DNA from: Bacilli bacterium | Lineage (GTDB): Bacteria > Bacillota_I > Bacilli_A > RFN20 > CAG-826 | Reading direction: 5' to 3' | Assembly: GCA_024408435.1 (NCBI GenBank) | Contig: JAKSVA010000001.1 | Coordinates: 1-56,798 of the forward strand | Length of the DNA: 56,798 bases | Shown here: positions 1 through 11,124 of the stretch, in pieces | Position numbering within the stretch: the first letter of the stretch is position 1 | How the letters are laid out: the number at the start of each line of letters is the position of its first letter | Program-made: the position numbers and the translations under genes | Notes under the pieces: generated by a model | What the model saw: only the letters and a program-made list of their open reading frames with translations | What the model was told of the DNA's origin: nothing | The model's database searches: none

Positions 1-64
1 AGCAAAAAAGCTCATAAATAATATATCACATACTGTGTATATTATCAAAGCAAGGGGCTAGTGA

Positions 65-1423
65 TTAGACACCAACAATATAATCAGCATACTTAGACCA
101 ATTAGAAGCGGTCATATATTCACTTTTAAGTGATTCTCTAACCCTTATTTGAAAAACGTCAGCATGACCAGCAAAAACGCTATCACCATCCAATTCAATT
201 AAATGATCGACGATTGATAAATCTACAACTGATAAATTAAAACAATCTTTAAAAGCGGTTGGGCCAATCCTCTTAATGTTATTAGTAATAGCAATCGAAG
301 GAAGGGAGATACAGCCATTGCAAAAATCATCAGGGATAGAAATTAAACTAGGATTAGTAGGAATATTAATAGAAGTAAGAGATGCACAATTTCTAAAAGT
401 ATCACTAGAGATAGAAGTTACACTATCAGGAATAATTATTGAAGGAAGAGAGAAACAACCTTCGAAAGCGCAAACGCCGATTGAAGTAACACCATTAGGG
501 ATACTAATAGAAGTAAGAGAGAAACAATCTACAAAAGCACCATCGCAAATTGAAGTAACGCTATTAGGGATACTAATAGAAGTAAGAGAAGCACAACCCC
601 AAAAGCATTTAGAACCAATAGTAGTCGCATCACCTGGAATAATAATAGATTGAAGTTTTGAACAACCACAAAACATCATCTCTCCACTATTATGTTCGCC
701 AAACGAATCAAGATGATAAGGCATATCAATATATGTAAGACTAGAACAATTTTGAAAAGCGCCATTGCCAATTGAATTTACACATTTAGGGAAATGAAGT
801 GAAATTAGATTATGGCAATCACAAAAAGCACTATTGAAAAGCGATGTAATTTTCGAATAAATTTTAACAGCGTTAAAACATTTGTTTAGTTTTGTTGGTA
901 GCGCTAATCTAAAACTAGTTAATTCACCTCTAATCGTAATAAGATATTCACCAGCACTTGCATAGTTGTGCATTTGCAGAGTGTCTTTAATTCCATCGCC
1001 CCAATCAACTTCTTTAATAGAGTCATTCTCGCCGCATCTAAATACAACATCGTATTGGTTTGCGATGCTTGTTTCTGGTTCAAAGCTAACTAACATTATG
1101 GTAGCAATATCATTGTCAATTGCATTAACATTAACTATGTAATCTTGATCCATCTTGGCGATTGTTAAAACATTATCTTCTAAAGTAACACTCCTTGGAA
1201 TTGAATCATCTAAATAATCTAATTGGTATCCTTCATCAGGAGTAATTGTGTATTTGATTTCAGTTTTATCAACTCCAATATTTTCTTCATAAGTCGTCTT
1301 ACCATTTAAAGTACAATGATCACCGATAAATTTAAAATGGTAAGTGGATTTATGATTACAACCCACCAAAAACGAGATGGCCAATAATGGCATTACTAAT
1401 AAACCTAGTTTTTTCACAACCAA
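65..1423 (-). CDS. Surface lipoprotein with BspA-type leucine-rich repeats (LRR_5-like)
   Basis: 452-aa ORF. The N-terminal signal peptide ends in the lipobox LVGC. The C-terminal two thirds is at least 8 tandem ~23-aa units of the form C.SLTSI.IPNSVTSIG..AF..C. This repeat periodicity also generates the spurious antisense ORF 276..653. Confidence 0.8.
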   Translation of the reverse strand: MVVKKLGLLVMPLLAISFLVGCNHKSTYHFKFIGDHCTLNGKTTYEENIGVDKTEIKYTITPDEGYQLDYLDDSIPRSVTLEDNVLTIAKMDQDYIVNVNAIDNDIATIMLVSFEPETSIANQYDVVFRCGENDSIKEVDWGDGIKDTLQMHNYASAGEYLITIRGELTSFRLALPTKLNKCFNAVKIYSKITSLFNSAFCDCHNLISLHFPKCVNSIGNGAFQNCSSLTYIDMPYHLDSFGEHNSGEMMFCGCSKLQSIIIPGDATTIGSKCFWGCASLTSISIPNSVTSICDGAFVDCFSLTSISIPNGVTSIGVCAFEGCFSLPSIIIPDSVTSISSDTFRNCASLTSINIPTNPSLISIPDDFCNGCISLPSIAITNNIKRIGPTAFKDCFNLSVVDLSIVDHLIELDGDSVFAGHADVFQIRVRESLKSEYMTASNWSKYADYIVGV

Positions 1424-1546
1424 AGCCTTTACTTTAAATTATTATATATTACGCAACAAGATTATGCTAATTGATATTGGGTTAAAAAAGTAAAATTATT
1501 TTTTGGTTGCTTTAAACCAAATAAGTAAGCAAAATAATAAAAGGTT

Positions 1547-2959
1547 ATGTCGACTTGGTTAAAAAATAAAGAAAAAGAATTTAACCTCGCTCTCAAGCAA
1601 CGTGATGTGAAAAAAATGAGAGCGCTTTTTAATCATGTCCCTACAGTTGACCTAGCGGAATTTGCTGATCAAGTTGAAGATCCTTCCACATTAACTTTTA
1701 TCTTTAAAGTTGTCCCAAGTGAATTAACCGCTGACTTTTTTACTGAACTTAATGATGCAACCCAAGAAAAACTTTTAATGACATTCTCGGATGCTGAATT
1801 AGTGGAACTAATTAATAAGAGCTACACTGACGATATCGTTGACGTATTGGAAGATATGCCAGCTAACTTAGTGACACGAGCAATTAAATTCGTTCCAAAA
1901 GAAAGACGTGAAGCGGTTAATAAACTATTAAATTATCGTGAAGATACTGCTGCCAGTATCATGACCACGGAATATTTTGAATTTAACGCAAATGTTACAG
2001 TCGAAGAAGCGATGAAAGTGATTAGAGAAAAAGGAAAAACAAAAGAAACAATTTATACTGTTTTTATTCGCGATGATAAACGTACCTTAGTTGGTACTGT
2101 TGACCTTGATGATTTAATCTTTGCTAATCCAAAACAAACGCTTGATGAAGTAAAAAACAAAGAATTCCTTTTTACGCGTGCGGATACTGACCAAGAAGAA
2201 GTTGCCGCCAAATTTAAAAAATACGACTTACACGCTTTAGCGGTCGTGAATAAAGAACAAAAACTTGTTGGTGTAATTACCTTCGACGATATCATGGACG
2301 TTATGGAACAAGAAACAAGTGAAGATATTGCCTTACAAAGTGGCGTTGTTCCACTTAAAGACGAATATATGGAAACTAAACCATTAAAAATGGCACTTAA
2401 ATGCGCGCCTTGGTTAATTGCGTTAATCGTGATTGGCATTTTTTCAGAAATTGTTTTATCAAGATTCCAACAAAAATTAGCGGTTGTTCCCGCCTTAATT
2501 TTCTTTATTCCAGTTTTAATGGATACCGGAGGGAACGCGGGTGGGCAAACATGTGGTTTAATTATTCGCGGATTAGCGCTACGGGAATTTGAATTAAAGG
2601 ATTTCCCCAAAGTCGTTTGGAAAGAAATTAAGACGGCAATATTAACTGGCTTAATTGTTTCAGTCTTTGCCTTCTCGGTTTTTATGATTGAGTTCTCAAT
2701 CCCTGGTTTAATTGAATCAAATCCACCATTAGATATCACACAAAAATTATTAATTGCGACTATTGTTTCACTTGCTTTATTATCTGCCGTTATCTTATCT
2801 AAGTTTGTGGCCTGTGCTCTTCCTTTCTTAGCAGTTAAGTTTAAAAAAGATCCAGCTTTAACTAGTCAACCATTTGTGACCACAATTGTTGATGTTTGTT
2901 CGCTTTTAATTTATTTCGGAATTTTCTTAGCTTTTGCCGTAACAGGCTTCTTTGGCTAA
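1547..2959 (+). CDS. mgtE: Magnesium transporter MgtE
   Basis: 470 aa. It has an N-terminal MgtE-N-like region, a CBS pair (TVEEAMKVIREKG..., LVGVITFDDIMDVMEQE), and a C-terminal 5-TM domain with the MDTGGNAGGQ motif typical of MgtE. Confidence 0.93.
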   Translation: MSTWLKNKEKEFNLALKQRDVKKMRALFNHVPTVDLAEFADQVEDPSTLTFIFKVVPSELTADFFTELNDATQEKLLMTFSDAELVELINKSYTDDIVDVLEDMPANLVTRAIKFVPKERREAVNKLLNYREDTAASIMTTEYFEFNANVTVEEAMKVIREKGKTKETIYTVFIRDDKRTLVGTVDLDDLIFANPKQTLDEVKNKEFLFTRADTDQEEVAAKFKKYDLHALAVVNKEQKLVGVITFDDIMDVMEQETSEDIALQSGVVPLKDEYMETKPLKMALKCAPWLIALIVIGIFSEIVLSRFQQKLAVVPALIFFIPVLMDTGGNAGGQTCGLIIRGLALREFELKDFPKVVWKEIKTAILTGLIVSVFAFSVFMIEFSIPGLIESNPPLDITQKLLIATIVSLALLSAVILSKFVACALPFLAVKFKKDPALTSQPFVTTIVDVCSLLIYFGIFLAFAVTGFFG

Positions 2960-3621
2960 TTATCACTATCAATTACGGCATTAGTCTTGCCTAATAAAGT
3001 AATGATGGCTACATCTGATGCAATTGAAACAATGAAGTTTAAAACATTAAAAATAATTAATAAAACTTGGACGGCTTTATTATCAGCAAGCGCTGGAATA
3101 ATAACTAATACACCAAAAATTGAACCTAAGATAATTCCAATGACGTTAACAATAACGGAAATCTTATACCACTTAATAACGATTGGTGCGAAGGATGTTA
3201 TTTGTGAATCATTACCAGAAATAACCACACAACCTTTAATGATGTTTAAAGTAATGTAAATGCTAATAACTAAGCCAATGACATTAGCGACACTACTAAA
3301 GGAGATAATTAAAGCGGTTGCAACTGGATGATCAGCGCTAGCGACCGCGCGAAGAATAGCATCTAAAACGGCACTAGTTAAGAAAAGCGCTAAAGCGACC
3401 ACAACAGCTTTTAAAATATTCGTAAATTCTTTATATTCATCTTGAAGTTTCACAATCGCGATTAATTGGAAAATTAAACCGACAACAGAAAATAATGAGA
3501 AGAAGCCAAGAAAGCCAGCCCAACTTGCTAAATAAAATAAATTAGAGATACCACATAGAATAAAACCAACTAACAATAAACTAACTGCACCTTTTGCTTT
3601 AAACGATACTTTTTTTGCCAT
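2956..3621 (-). CDS. Hypothetical polytopic membrane protein
   Basis: 221 aa, about 6 hydrophobic segments, no recognisable catalytic motif. Its stop overlaps the mgtE stop (CTAA). Confidence 0.6.
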   Translation of the reverse strand: MAKKVSFKAKGAVSLLLVGFILCGISNLFYLASWAGFLGFFSLFSVVGLIFQLIAIVKLQDEYKEFTNILKAVVVALALFLTSAVLDAILRAVASADHPVATALIISFSSVANVIGLVISIYITLNIIKGCVVISGNDSQITSFAPIVIKWYKISVIVNVIGIILGSIFGVLVIIPALADNKAVQVLLIIFNVLNFIVSIASDVAIITLLGKTNAVIDSDN

Positions 3622-3654
3622 ACTAAACCCCTTAATATTAAATATTATACACTT

Positions 3655-3680
3655 TTAAAAACCCCGTGGGTGGCACGGGG
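3655..3680 (-). terminator. Rho-independent terminator of the alpha (rpoA-rplQ) operon
   Basis: The hairpin is CCCCGTG-GGTGG-CACGGGG (3662..3680). On the minus strand it is followed by TTTTT (3657..3661), 9 nt downstream of the rplQ stop. Confidence 0.8.
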
Positions 3681-3688
3681 TTTAGAAT

Positions 3689-4087
3689 TTATTTAACGAA
3701 CGCAACGATGACGCGTTTCGCACCATCACCACGACGACTCACACATTTATATTTATGTGTATAGCCACCTTTCCGGTCTTTATAACGAGGACCTAAAACT
3801 TTAAATAATTTATTAATCGCCTTTACGTTCTCATCATTCTTTTCGTTCCTTAGAAGTCTTGCGGCTTCACGGCGATTAGCAACACTATCCTTTTTCGCTA
3901 AAGTAATCAAATGATCAATATTAGTGATTAAGTCCTTCGTGACACCACTAGTAACCGTAATCTTTTCATAGAGGATTAACTCAGTGACCACGTTTCTTTG
4001 CATAGCTTTTTCGCGGGTTGCGGTCCAGCCAGTTTTAAAACGGACACCAGTCTTACCATGAACGTTCTTTCTACCATGACTTGCCAT
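3689..4087 (-). CDS. rplQ: 50S ribosomal protein L17
   Basis: The core REKAMQRNVVTELILYEKITVT ... GGYTHKYKCVSRRGDGA matches the L17 family. It is the last gene after rpoA. Confidence 0.95.
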   Translation of the reverse strand: MASHGRKNVHGKTGVRFKTGWTATREKAMQRNVVTELILYEKITVTSGVTKDLITNIDHLITLAKKDSVANRREAARLLRNEKNDENVKAINKLFKVLGPRYKDRKGGYTHKYKCVSRRGDGAKRVIVAFVK

Positions 4088-4089
4088 AA

Positions 4090-5070
4090 TTACTTATTCT
4101 CCACTGAATAATCACGGAAGGAGAGGCCAAGAGAAGCGAGTTTCTCTTTAACTTCTTTAAGTGATTTCTTACCTAAGTTACGAACTTTCATCATTTCATC
4201 TTCGGTCTTTTGGGTTAATTCATAGACAGTAGTGATATTTGCTCTTTTAAGGCAGTTATAGGAACGAACGCTAAGATCAAGATCTTCAATTGGTGTTTCG
4301 TTAACCTTATTATCTTCTTTCACTTCCACTGGTGGTTCTTCAAATTTAATGGTGAAGTTTTCATCCTTTGCAAATTCCATTAAGTGAGCGATTAAGATGT
4401 TCGCTGCAGTATTAACGGCTTCAACTGGTTTAACTGAACCATTCGTCCAAACTTCTAAAGTAAGTTTATCAAAACGGGAATCGTGTTTAACACGGGTTGG
4501 TTCAACTTCATAACTTGTCTTAATAACTGGACTATAGTTACTATCCGTATCGATTCGACCAATTTGATTGGGGTGATCGTTACTGGCTTTATTACTTTCA
4601 GCAGTAACATAACCACGACCACTTCTTGCGAACAAACTCATATGTAAACGACCGTTCTTCGCTAAGTGAGCAATCTCTAAATCTGGGTTAACAACACTTA
4701 CCATGCCTGGGCATTCAATATCTTTTGCATACACAGTGCATGGACCTTTCTTATCAATTTCAAGACGACGAGTTTCTTCGCTATCATCATCAATCTTAAT
4801 GATTAAATCCTTGAGATTTAAAACAATGGTCATTACATCTTCCGTGATACCTTCAAGCGAAGAGAATTCATGGCGAGCGCCATCAATTTCAACCGCGAAG
4901 ATTGATGCACCGGGAAGGGCGCTAAGTAATACGCGACGAAGCGCATTACCAATGGTTAAACCAAAACCTCTTTCAAGGGGTTCAACCACAAATTTTCCAT
5001 AGTTAGTTTCGTCATTAAGAACCTCGACATGGAAGTTCATCTTTTTAAATGCTTTTGGTAAATTATTCAT
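4090..5070 (-). CDS. rpoA: DNA-directed RNA polymerase subunit alpha
   Basis: 326 aa. The N-terminal domain has YGKFVVEPLERGFGLTIGNALRRVLLS. The C-terminal domain has IEDLDLSVRSYNCLKRANI. Confidence 0.97.
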   Translation of the reverse strand: MNNLPKAFKKMNFHVEVLNDETNYGKFVVEPLERGFGLTIGNALRRVLLSALPGASIFAVEIDGARHEFSSLEGITEDVMTIVLNLKDLIIKIDDDSEETRRLEIDKKGPCTVYAKDIECPGMVSVVNPDLEIAHLAKNGRLHMSLFARSGRGYVTAESNKASNDHPNQIGRIDTDSNYSPVIKTSYEVEPTRVKHDSRFDKLTLEVWTNGSVKPVEAVNTAANILIAHLMEFAKDENFTIKFEEPPVEVKEDNKVNETPIEDLDLSVRSYNCLKRANITTVYELTQKTEDEMMKVRNLGKKSLKEVKEKLASLGLSFRDYSVENK

Positions 5071-5108
5071 AAATATTTTTCTCCTTTTAAATATAAATAA
5101 TATTGAAA

Positions 5109-5492
5109 TTAGCCTCTTGGTCTCTTTTCAGGACGGCAGCCATTATGTGGGACAGGTGTCGTATCAGTGATTGAGATTAACTGCATTCCCGCGGCAACAA
5201 GTGCACGCACAGCAGATTCTCTTCCTGGACCTGGGCCCTTTACGTTTACATCAAGTTGACGAATGCCTTGGCTAAAAGCGGCTTTCGCGGCAGCTTCACT
5301 TGCCACTTGCGCAGCAAATGGTGTCGACTTCTTCGCACCTTTAAAGCCTAAGGTTCCTGCGCTTGCCCAACTAATCGCGTTACCTTGTTCATCCGTAATT
5401 GTCACAATTGTGTTGTTAAATGTGGAATGAATATGGGCAACACCTTTAGTAATATTGCGCTTGATTTTCTTTTTTCGAGCTGTATTTGCCAT
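5109..5492 (-). CDS. rpsK: 30S ribosomal protein S11
   Basis: [18 protein letters not shown]...[14 protein letters not shown]...[10 protein letters not shown] is the S11 signature. Confidence 0.97.
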   Translation of the reverse strand: MANTARKKKIKRNITKGVAHIHSTFNNTIVTITDEQGNAISWASAGTLGFKGAKKSTPFAAQVASEAAAKAAFSQGIRQLDVNVKGPGPGRESAVRALVAAGMQLISITDTTPVPHNGCRPEKRPRG

Positions 5493-5507
5493 ACTAATTT
5501 AACTCCC

Positions 5508-5888
5508 TTAACCTTGTTGCTTCGCTTCTTTCTTGTTCGCAATGGTCTTCCGTGGGCCTTTTCTTGTCCGAGCGTTTGTTCTCGTTCTTTGGCCTCTTAC
5601 AGGAAGGTTCTTCTTGTGACGAATTCCGCGATAACAACCAATTTCGGTTAATCTTTTAATGTTTAAAGCGGTCTCTCTTCTAAGATCGCCTTCGACGCGG
5701 ACTTTACTGATTTCGTTACGAAGCGCAGTTAATTCCTCGTCTTTTAAATCTTTAACGCGAGTATCTTCTGATACTTTTGCGTTCTTACAAATCTTACGAG
5801 CAGTTGAATCACCAATCCCATAAATGTAGGTTAATGAAACCACCACGCGTTTTTCATTTGGTATATCTACACCAACAATACGTGCCAT
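5508..5888 (-). CDS. rpsM: 30S ribosomal protein S13
   Basis: [26 protein letters not shown]...[28 protein letters not shown]. Confidence 0.97.
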   Translation of the reverse strand: MARIVGVDIPNEKRVVVSLTYIYGIGDSTARKICKNAKVSEDTRVKDLKDEELTALRNEISKVRVEGDLRRETALNIKRLTEIGCYRGIRHKKNLPVRGQRTRTNARTRKGPRKTIANKKEAKQQG

Positions 5889-5900
5889 AGATACTCCTCC

Positions 5901-6032
<132 letters not shown>

Positions 6033-6043
6033 CTATTTGCCCT

Positions 6044-6265
6044 TTAACTCTTATGTCTAAAGGTTATGCGGCCCCGTGTTAAATCGTAGGGGGAGATTTC
6101 AACTGTGACTTTATCACCTGGGAGAATACGAATGTAATTCATTCGAATTTTGCCAGAAACGGATGCCAAGATCACGACGCCGTTTTCGAGCTTCACGCGG
6201 AACATAGTGTTCGGTAAGTTTTCGACGACGGTTGCCTCTACTGTAATGACGTCTTGTTTAGACAT
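6044..6265 (-). CDS. infA: Translation initiation factor IF-1
   Basis: 73 aa. The S1-like fold sequence is [16 protein letters not shown]...[33 protein letters not shown]. Confidence 0.97.
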   Translation of the reverse strand: MSKQDVITVEATVVENLPNTMFRVKLENGVVILASVSGKIRMNYIRILPGDKVTVEISPYDLTRGRITFRHKS

Positions 6266-6270
6266 TTTTA

Positions 6271-7032
6271 CTACTTAATCTCCTTGTCTTGGGTAAGTAT
6301 TTCATACCCATCCTTAGTAACCACTAAGGTATTTTCGTAATGAGAAGATAGTTTACCATCTTTCATTTTGGCTGTCCAGCCATCGCTTAGAATTTTTACG
6401 CGATAATCACCTTCGGCAACCATCGGTTCAATCGCTAAGCACATCCCAGCTTTTAAAATCACACCAGTTCCCGCTTCCCCATAATTAGGAATACTTGGAT
6501 CTTCGTGAAGATGGCGACCAACGCCATGTCCAGTGTAGTCACGGATGACAGAAAACCCATTTTTCTCCACGTGAGTTTGGATGGCATGGGAGACATCACC
6601 TAGATGAACACCTTCTTTAATGAGCTTAACGCCTTCATAGAAAGATTCTTCCGTTACTCTTACGAGTTTCTTCGTACTTTCTTTTGCTCTACCAACTACA
6701 TATGTACGGCACGCATCAGCGACATACCCATTAAGTGTCGCCCCAACATCAAGTGAGACGACATCACCATCACGAAGGATGGTGTGTTTACTCGGAATAC
6801 CATGTACTACCGTATCATTCACGGAAATACATATCACTCCGGGATAGCCTTCGTAATTAAGGAAGGTTGGGATTGCTCCATGACTTCTAATTACTTGATC
6901 GGCTTTGTTAGCGAGGGCGAGAGTAGAAACCCCTGGGATACAAAGTGGTTCTAATTGCTTGAAGACATCGCTAACGACTTCTCCGGCTTTTTTGATTAAT
7001 TCAATTTCGCGCGGAGATTTAATAATGATCAC
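6271..7032 (-). CDS. map: Type I methionine aminopeptidase
   Basis: 253 aa. Metal ligand context is present: [38 protein letters not shown]. Confidence 0.96.
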   Translation of the reverse strand: MIIIKSPREIELIKKAGEVVSDVFKQLEPLCIPGVSTLALANKADQVIRSHGAIPTFLNYEGYPGVICISVNDTVVHGIPSKHTILRDGDVVSLDVGATLNGYVADACRTYVVGRAKESTKKLVRVTEESFYEGVKLIKEGVHLGDVSHAIQTHVEKNGFSVIRDYTGHGVGRHLHEDPSIPNYGEAGTGVILKAGMCLAIEPMVAEGDYRVKILSDGWTAKMKDGKLSSHYENTLVVTKDGYEILTQDKEIK

Positions 7033-7034
7033 TA

Positions 7035-7691
7035 CTACTTAACCTCTCCAATAAGTTTACTGGCTAAGTTAAGCACTTCATCAGCACCTAACATACCATT
7101 AACATTGCTCAGTACGTGCATCGCTTCATAGTAATTAAGAAGTGGCTTCGTATCAGCGTAATAGTGACTTAAACGCACTTTAAGGGCCGCTTCGTTATCA
7201 TCTGGACGTTGGAAGAGTGGACCACCACATTGATCACAAATGCCTTCCTTTTTTGGTGGCATGTTAGTGACATGATATGGTGCACCACAATTCTTACAAA
7301 CCCGGCGGCCACTAATGCGTTTGATTAGCTCCGCTTGGTTCGCGTCAATATTGATAACGAGGTTTACCTCGCGTTTAAGTGAAGTTGTTAATTCCTTGAG
7401 TGCTTCCGCTTGTTTTAAAGTTCTGGGGAAACCATCAAGAAGATAACCATGACCGCAATCGTCTTGAGCAAGTCTTTCTCTTACAATACCGATTGTGACT
7501 TCATCGGGCACTAAGTCCCCACGGGTCATATAGTCTTTCGCCGTTTTACCTAACTCGGTGCCAGCTTTAATCGCATCACGGAACATATCACCCGTTGAAA
7601 TATGGGGGATATGATACTTACTGATTAAGCGTTTAGCTAAGGTGCCTTTACCAGCTCCGGGAGGTCCCATTAAAATAATGTTTGTTTTCAT
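7035..7691 (-). CDS. adk: Adenylate kinase (start moved to the second ATG)
   Basis: It has the P-loop MKTNIILMGPPGAGKGT and a zinc lid CxxC...CxxC (CKNCGAPY...CDQCGG). The ATG at 7691 gives the canonical N-terminus and abuts the secY stop at 7693. The track start at 7724 would overlap secY. Confidence 0.95.
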   Translation of the reverse strand: MKTNIILMGPPGAGKGTLAKRLISKYHIPHISTGDMFRDAIKAGTELGKTAKDYMTRGDLVPDEVTIGIVRERLAQDDCGHGYLLDGFPRTLKQAEALKELTTSLKREVNLVINIDANQAELIKRISGRRVCKNCGAPYHVTNMPPKKEGICDQCGGPLFQRPDDNEAALKVRLSHYYADTKPLLNYYEAMHVLSNVNGMLGADEVLNLASKLIGEVK

Positions 7692-7692
7692 A

Positions 7693-9045
7693 TTAGTTTG
7701 CTCCTGCTGCTTGGACTTCTTCAAATGACTTACCAGCTAATAAGCCATCGATTTGTGCATTAAGCTCGATTGCCACACCCACAACGATGATAAGTGAAGT
7801 ACCACCAAGAGCGAGAGATGAATCGCCACCGAACACATTTGATAAAGTTAAGATAACGGGTAAACCAGCAATGAAGCCTAAAGAGATGGCACCTAAACAA
7901 GTTACACGGTTAAGTACCTTTGCGACATATCTTTCGGTTTCATTACCTGGTCTAATCCCTGGAATATATGAACCAGACTTCTGGAAGTTCTCTGCAAGTT
8001 GTTGAGGAGAAATTTGAATACTCGCGTAGAAGAAACAGAACATCACGGTTAAGGTTAAATAAATTAATAAGCCCCATGGCATACTCCAACCACCAGGCAT
8101 TGGTGTCATTTCACTATAAGAGAAGATTTTTAACCAACTAGCATTCGCCGCATCGGCGCTAATAAAGCTAGCGATAACACTTGGTGCAAGCATAATGCTA
8201 CTAGCAAAGATAACTGGGATAACACCAGCGCTATTAATTTTAATTGGTAAGAAGCTCGCTTTTGCCATGCTTGGATTCGCACCACTACGACCAGCGTGTT
8301 GGACAGGAATCTTCCGTTTACTTAATTCAATAAAGATAACGAAAGCGATAATTAAGATAAAGACAAGGATATAAAGTAAGAATTGGAAACTGCCTTTAAT
8401 AAGTTCGCTACTTGGATGACCAATCGCTTGACCAATCCATTTTTGATAAGCGGTTCTAATTTGTAGTGGTAAGCTTCTAATACAACCAGCAAAGATAATC
8501 ACAGAAATACCATTACCTAATCCTTTACTTGTAATTTGGTCACCAAGCCACATCATTAACATTGATCCGGCAAGGATAATGACAATGATATAAGCATAAC
8601 TCCAGAAACCAGTACCAATATTAAGAGTAATATAACTCTTATTTTCCATGGTCTTGATAATGCCATAGGCTTGAACCGCACCAAGTAGAAGCGTTAAATA
8701 ACGTGTGGCCATTTCACTTTTCTTTCGGCCGTATTCACCTTGTTTACTTAATTCAGTTAACGCGGGTAAAACATCTTTTGAAAGTAATTGAACAATAATC
8801 TGCGCTGTAATATAAGGAGAGACGCCTAGAGCAAAAACCGAGAAGTTTTGTAAGGCACCACCACCAAGTAAATCCATTAAACCAATCGCGCCAGCTTGTT
8901 GTAATTCTTTTTCAATATCGGCGCTGACGGTAACACCAGGAATAGTAATTGCGGCACCAATCCGAATAACTAAAAGAATCATAATCGTAAAGAAAATACG
9001 ATTCATTATTTCTTTATTGCGGAAGATGTTAGCAATTTTTTTCAT
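7693..9045 (-). CDS. secY: Preprotein translocase subunit SecY
   Basis: 450 aa, 10 TM segments, conserved GVSPYITAQIIVQLL and GNGISVIIFAGC regions, in the spc operon position. Confidence 0.97.
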   Translation of the reverse strand: MKKIANIFRNKEIMNRIFFTIMILLVIRIGAAITIPGVTVSADIEKELQQAGAIGLMDLLGGGALQNFSVFALGVSPYITAQIIVQLLSKDVLPALTELSKQGEYGRKKSEMATRYLTLLLGAVQAYGIIKTMENKSYITLNIGTGFWSYAYIIVIILAGSMLMMWLGDQITSKGLGNGISVIIFAGCIRSLPLQIRTAYQKWIGQAIGHPSSELIKGSFQFLLYILVFILIIAFVIFIELSKRKIPVQHAGRSGANPSMAKASFLPIKINSAGVIPVIFASSIMLAPSVIASFISADAANASWLKIFSYSEMTPMPGGWSMPWGLLIYLTLTVMFCFFYASIQISPQQLAENFQKSGSYIPGIRPGNETERYVAKVLNRVTCLGAISLGFIAGLPVILTLSNVFGGDSSLALGGTSLIIVVGVAIELNAQIDGLLAGKSFEEVQAAGAN

Positions 9046-9052
9046 GGATTAA

Positions 9053-9493
9053 TTATTTAATTTCCTTAACTGTTCCACCTAACTTAGTAATTTTTTCTTT
9101 GGCGGATTTAGCGAACTTATTAGCTTCAACATTAAGTTTCACTTTAAGTTCACCATTTCCTAAAATTTTTAAACCGTCCTTTAATGATTTTATAACACCA
9201 TCCTTCTTTAATAAAGAAGCAGTGACAGTTGTGCCCTCTTTATAACGATTAAGCGTACTAACGTTAACGGCCGCGTATTCTTTACGCGCATAGTGGGTAA
9301 AACCAAATTTTGGTAAACGACGATATAAGGGGTTTTGACCACCTTCGAAACCGGTCTTCATATGACCAGAACGGCTATGTTGACCTTTGTGACCTTTGCC
9401 ACATGTCTTACCATTACCTGAACCAACACCACGACCTTTACGATATGCTTTCGTGGTACTACCTTTGGCTTTCTTTAATTCATTTAATGCCAT
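9053..9493 (-). CDS. rplO: 50S ribosomal protein L15
   Basis: [24 protein letters not shown]...[14 protein letters not shown]. Confidence 0.97.
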   Translation of the reverse strand: MALNELKKAKGSTTKAYRKGRGVGSGNGKTCGKGHKGQHSRSGHMKTGFEGGQNPLYRRLPKFGFTHYARKEYAAVNVSTLNRYKEGTTVTASLLKKDGVIKSLKDGLKILGNGELKVKLNVEANKFAKSAKEKITKLGGTVKEIK

Positions 9494-9495
9494 AA

Positions 9496-10161
9496 TTATT
9501 TCTTAACCTCCTGTAATTTACCACGTAACGCTTGGACATCGAAATAACTCTTTAATTGACCAATCGCATTGTGGGTTGCACGGATAACGTTAATTGAGGC
9601 TCTTGCGCCATAAACTTTACTCACCACGTTTCTTAAACCAGAAAGTTCAAGAATGGCCCGCACTGGACCACCGGCAATAATACCAGTACCAGCAGGAGCC
9701 GGTTTTAAGTAAACTTTGGTTGCCCCGTATTTACCCATCACTTCGTGAGCGATAGTAAATCCTTTCTTAACGATATGAATGTGATACATGTTATGTTTGG
9801 CGGTTTCAAGTGATTTCTTAATCGCATCAGGAACTTCACCACTTTTTTCCATCGCGAAGCCATATTTACCTTTCTTATCACCAATAACCACTAACGCGCT
9901 AAAGCGCATGTGACGACCACCTTGAACGGTCTTAGAAATACGGTTAATCTCAACGACTCTTTCTTCGTATTCTTTCACTTCTTCACGGCGAGGACGACGA
10001 TGGTCTCTCTTACCATGTTTATCGCCTGGCTTAGCGTCTTTTTTATCCGCTCCTTTGGCGTCAGTTTTCTTTTCGACTTTCGCTTCTACTTTCTTTTCAA
10101 CCTTAGGTTGAGCAGTTGGTTTAACTTCCGCTTTAACTTCTTTTTTTACTTCTTCTGACAT
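9496..10161 (-). CDS. rpsE: 30S ribosomal protein S5 with a ~55-aa Lys-rich N-terminal extension
   Basis: The core [29 protein letters not shown]...[15 protein letters not shown] is S5. The N-terminus is [10 protein letters not shown]... low complexity. It directly abuts rplO, so there is no rpmD. Confidence 0.96.
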   Translation of the reverse strand: MSEEVKKEVKAEVKPTAQPKVEKKVEAKVEKKTDAKGADKKDAKPGDKHGKRDHRRPRREEVKEYEERVVEINRISKTVQGGRHMRFSALVVIGDKKGKYGFAMEKSGEVPDAIKKSLETAKHNMYHIHIVKKGFTIAHEVMGKYGATKVYLKPAPAGTGIIAGGPVRAILELSGLRNVVSKVYGARASINVIRATHNAIGQLKSYFDVQALRGKLQEVKK

Positions 10162-10170
10162 AACATCTCC

Positions 10171-10527
10171 TTAGAATTTTAATCCGGCTTCTCTTGCCGC
10201 AGTGGCAAGCGCTTCAACACGGCCATGGTATAAATAACCAGCCCGGTCAAAAACTACTTTACTAATCTTCTTTTCTTGTGCTTTTGTTGCAATTGCTTTA
10301 CCAACCGCTTTAGCTGCTTCGATATTACCACCATTCTTGAGTTTTAAGCTCTTTGAATTGACCGCCACTAAAGTGACCTTCTTTTGATCATCAATAATTT
10401 GGGCTTCAATATTTTTATTTGAACGGAAGACGACTAAACGGGGAGTTTTATTATCACCGCTAATCTTATTCCTGACACGGACATGACGACGAATGCGTTC
10501 ATGATTACGAGAATTCTTTTTAACCAT
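10171..10527 (-). CDS. rplR: 50S ribosomal protein L18
   Basis: [14 protein letters not shown]...[19 protein letters not shown]...[16 protein letters not shown]. Confidence 0.97.
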   Translation of the reverse strand: MVKKNSRNHERIRRHVRVRNKISGDNKTPRLVVFRSNKNIEAQIIDDQKKVTLVAVNSKSLKLKNGGNIEAAKAVGKAIATKAQEKKISKVVFDRAGYLYHGRVEALATAAREAGLKF

Positions 10528-10538
10528 AAATAATCTCC

Positions 10539-11114
10539 TTATTTAGCGGCAGAAGCTCCACCCGCACCGCCAGCGGCAGCTGTGGCTCTCTTACCTTCCT
10601 TATGTGGTACATATTCACCAACGTAACGAATACCTTTACCCTTATAAACTTCTGGGGCTCTAGCATCATGAATTAAAGCAGCGGTTTGACCCACGGCTCT
10701 TTTATCAATGCCTTCGACAATAATATTCGTAGCGTCTTTACAGGTGATCTTACTATTCTCTTCGGGTTTAATAATAACAGGATGAGAATAGCCAATGTGT
10801 AAACAAAGTTTATCACCTTGCATGTTGGCCCTATAACCAATACCACGAATCTCGAGAGCTTTCTTAAAGCCTTCGGTAACACCTTTAACTGCGTTATTAA
10901 TATTCGCTCTTACGGTACCATGATTCATTTTATTAACTTGTTCATCGTTAGGTCTTTTGACCGTTAAAATACCATCCTTAAAATCAAGGGTAATCCCTTT
11001 AATAAGTTTTACGTCAAGCGTTCCTTTTGGACCCATGACTTTCACTTTTTCTGGGCGAATGTCAAGAGTAACGGTACTAGGAATCTTAATTGCTTTTTTA
11101 CCAATACGCGACAT
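10539..11114 (-). CDS. rplF: 50S ribosomal protein L6
   Basis: [16 protein letters not shown]...GIGYRA...GYSHPV...[11 protein letters not shown]. It has a short Ala/Gly-rich C-terminal tail. Confidence 0.97.
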   Translation of the reverse strand: MSRIGKKAIKIPSTVTLDIRPEKVKVMGPKGTLDVKLIKGITLDFKDGILTVKRPNDEQVNKMNHGTVRANINNAVKGVTEGFKKALEIRGIGYRANMQGDKLCLHIGYSHPVIIKPEENSKITCKDATNIIVEGIDKRAVGQTAALIHDARAPEVYKGKGIRYVGEYVPHKEGKRATAAAGGAGGASAAK

Positions 11115-11124
11115 AAATACCTCC

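Noticed and set aside
276-653. 125-aa plus-strand ORF inside the LRR lipoprotein gene
   Set aside because: It is antisense to a well-supported gene. Its own periodic sequence (EVT..GI.IE.RE.Q) is simply the mirror image of the LRR repeats, and it has no RBS.
1424-1546. Possible M-box (Mg2+) riboswitch upstream of mgtE
   Set aside because: The intergenic region is only 123 bp and almost entirely AT-rich. None of the GC-containing conserved M-box helices are visible.
2053-2739. 228-aa minus-strand ORF antisense to mgtE
   Set aside because: It lies entirely within the conserved mgtE coding sequence. It has Ser/Thr-rich low-complexity composition and no motif or RBS.
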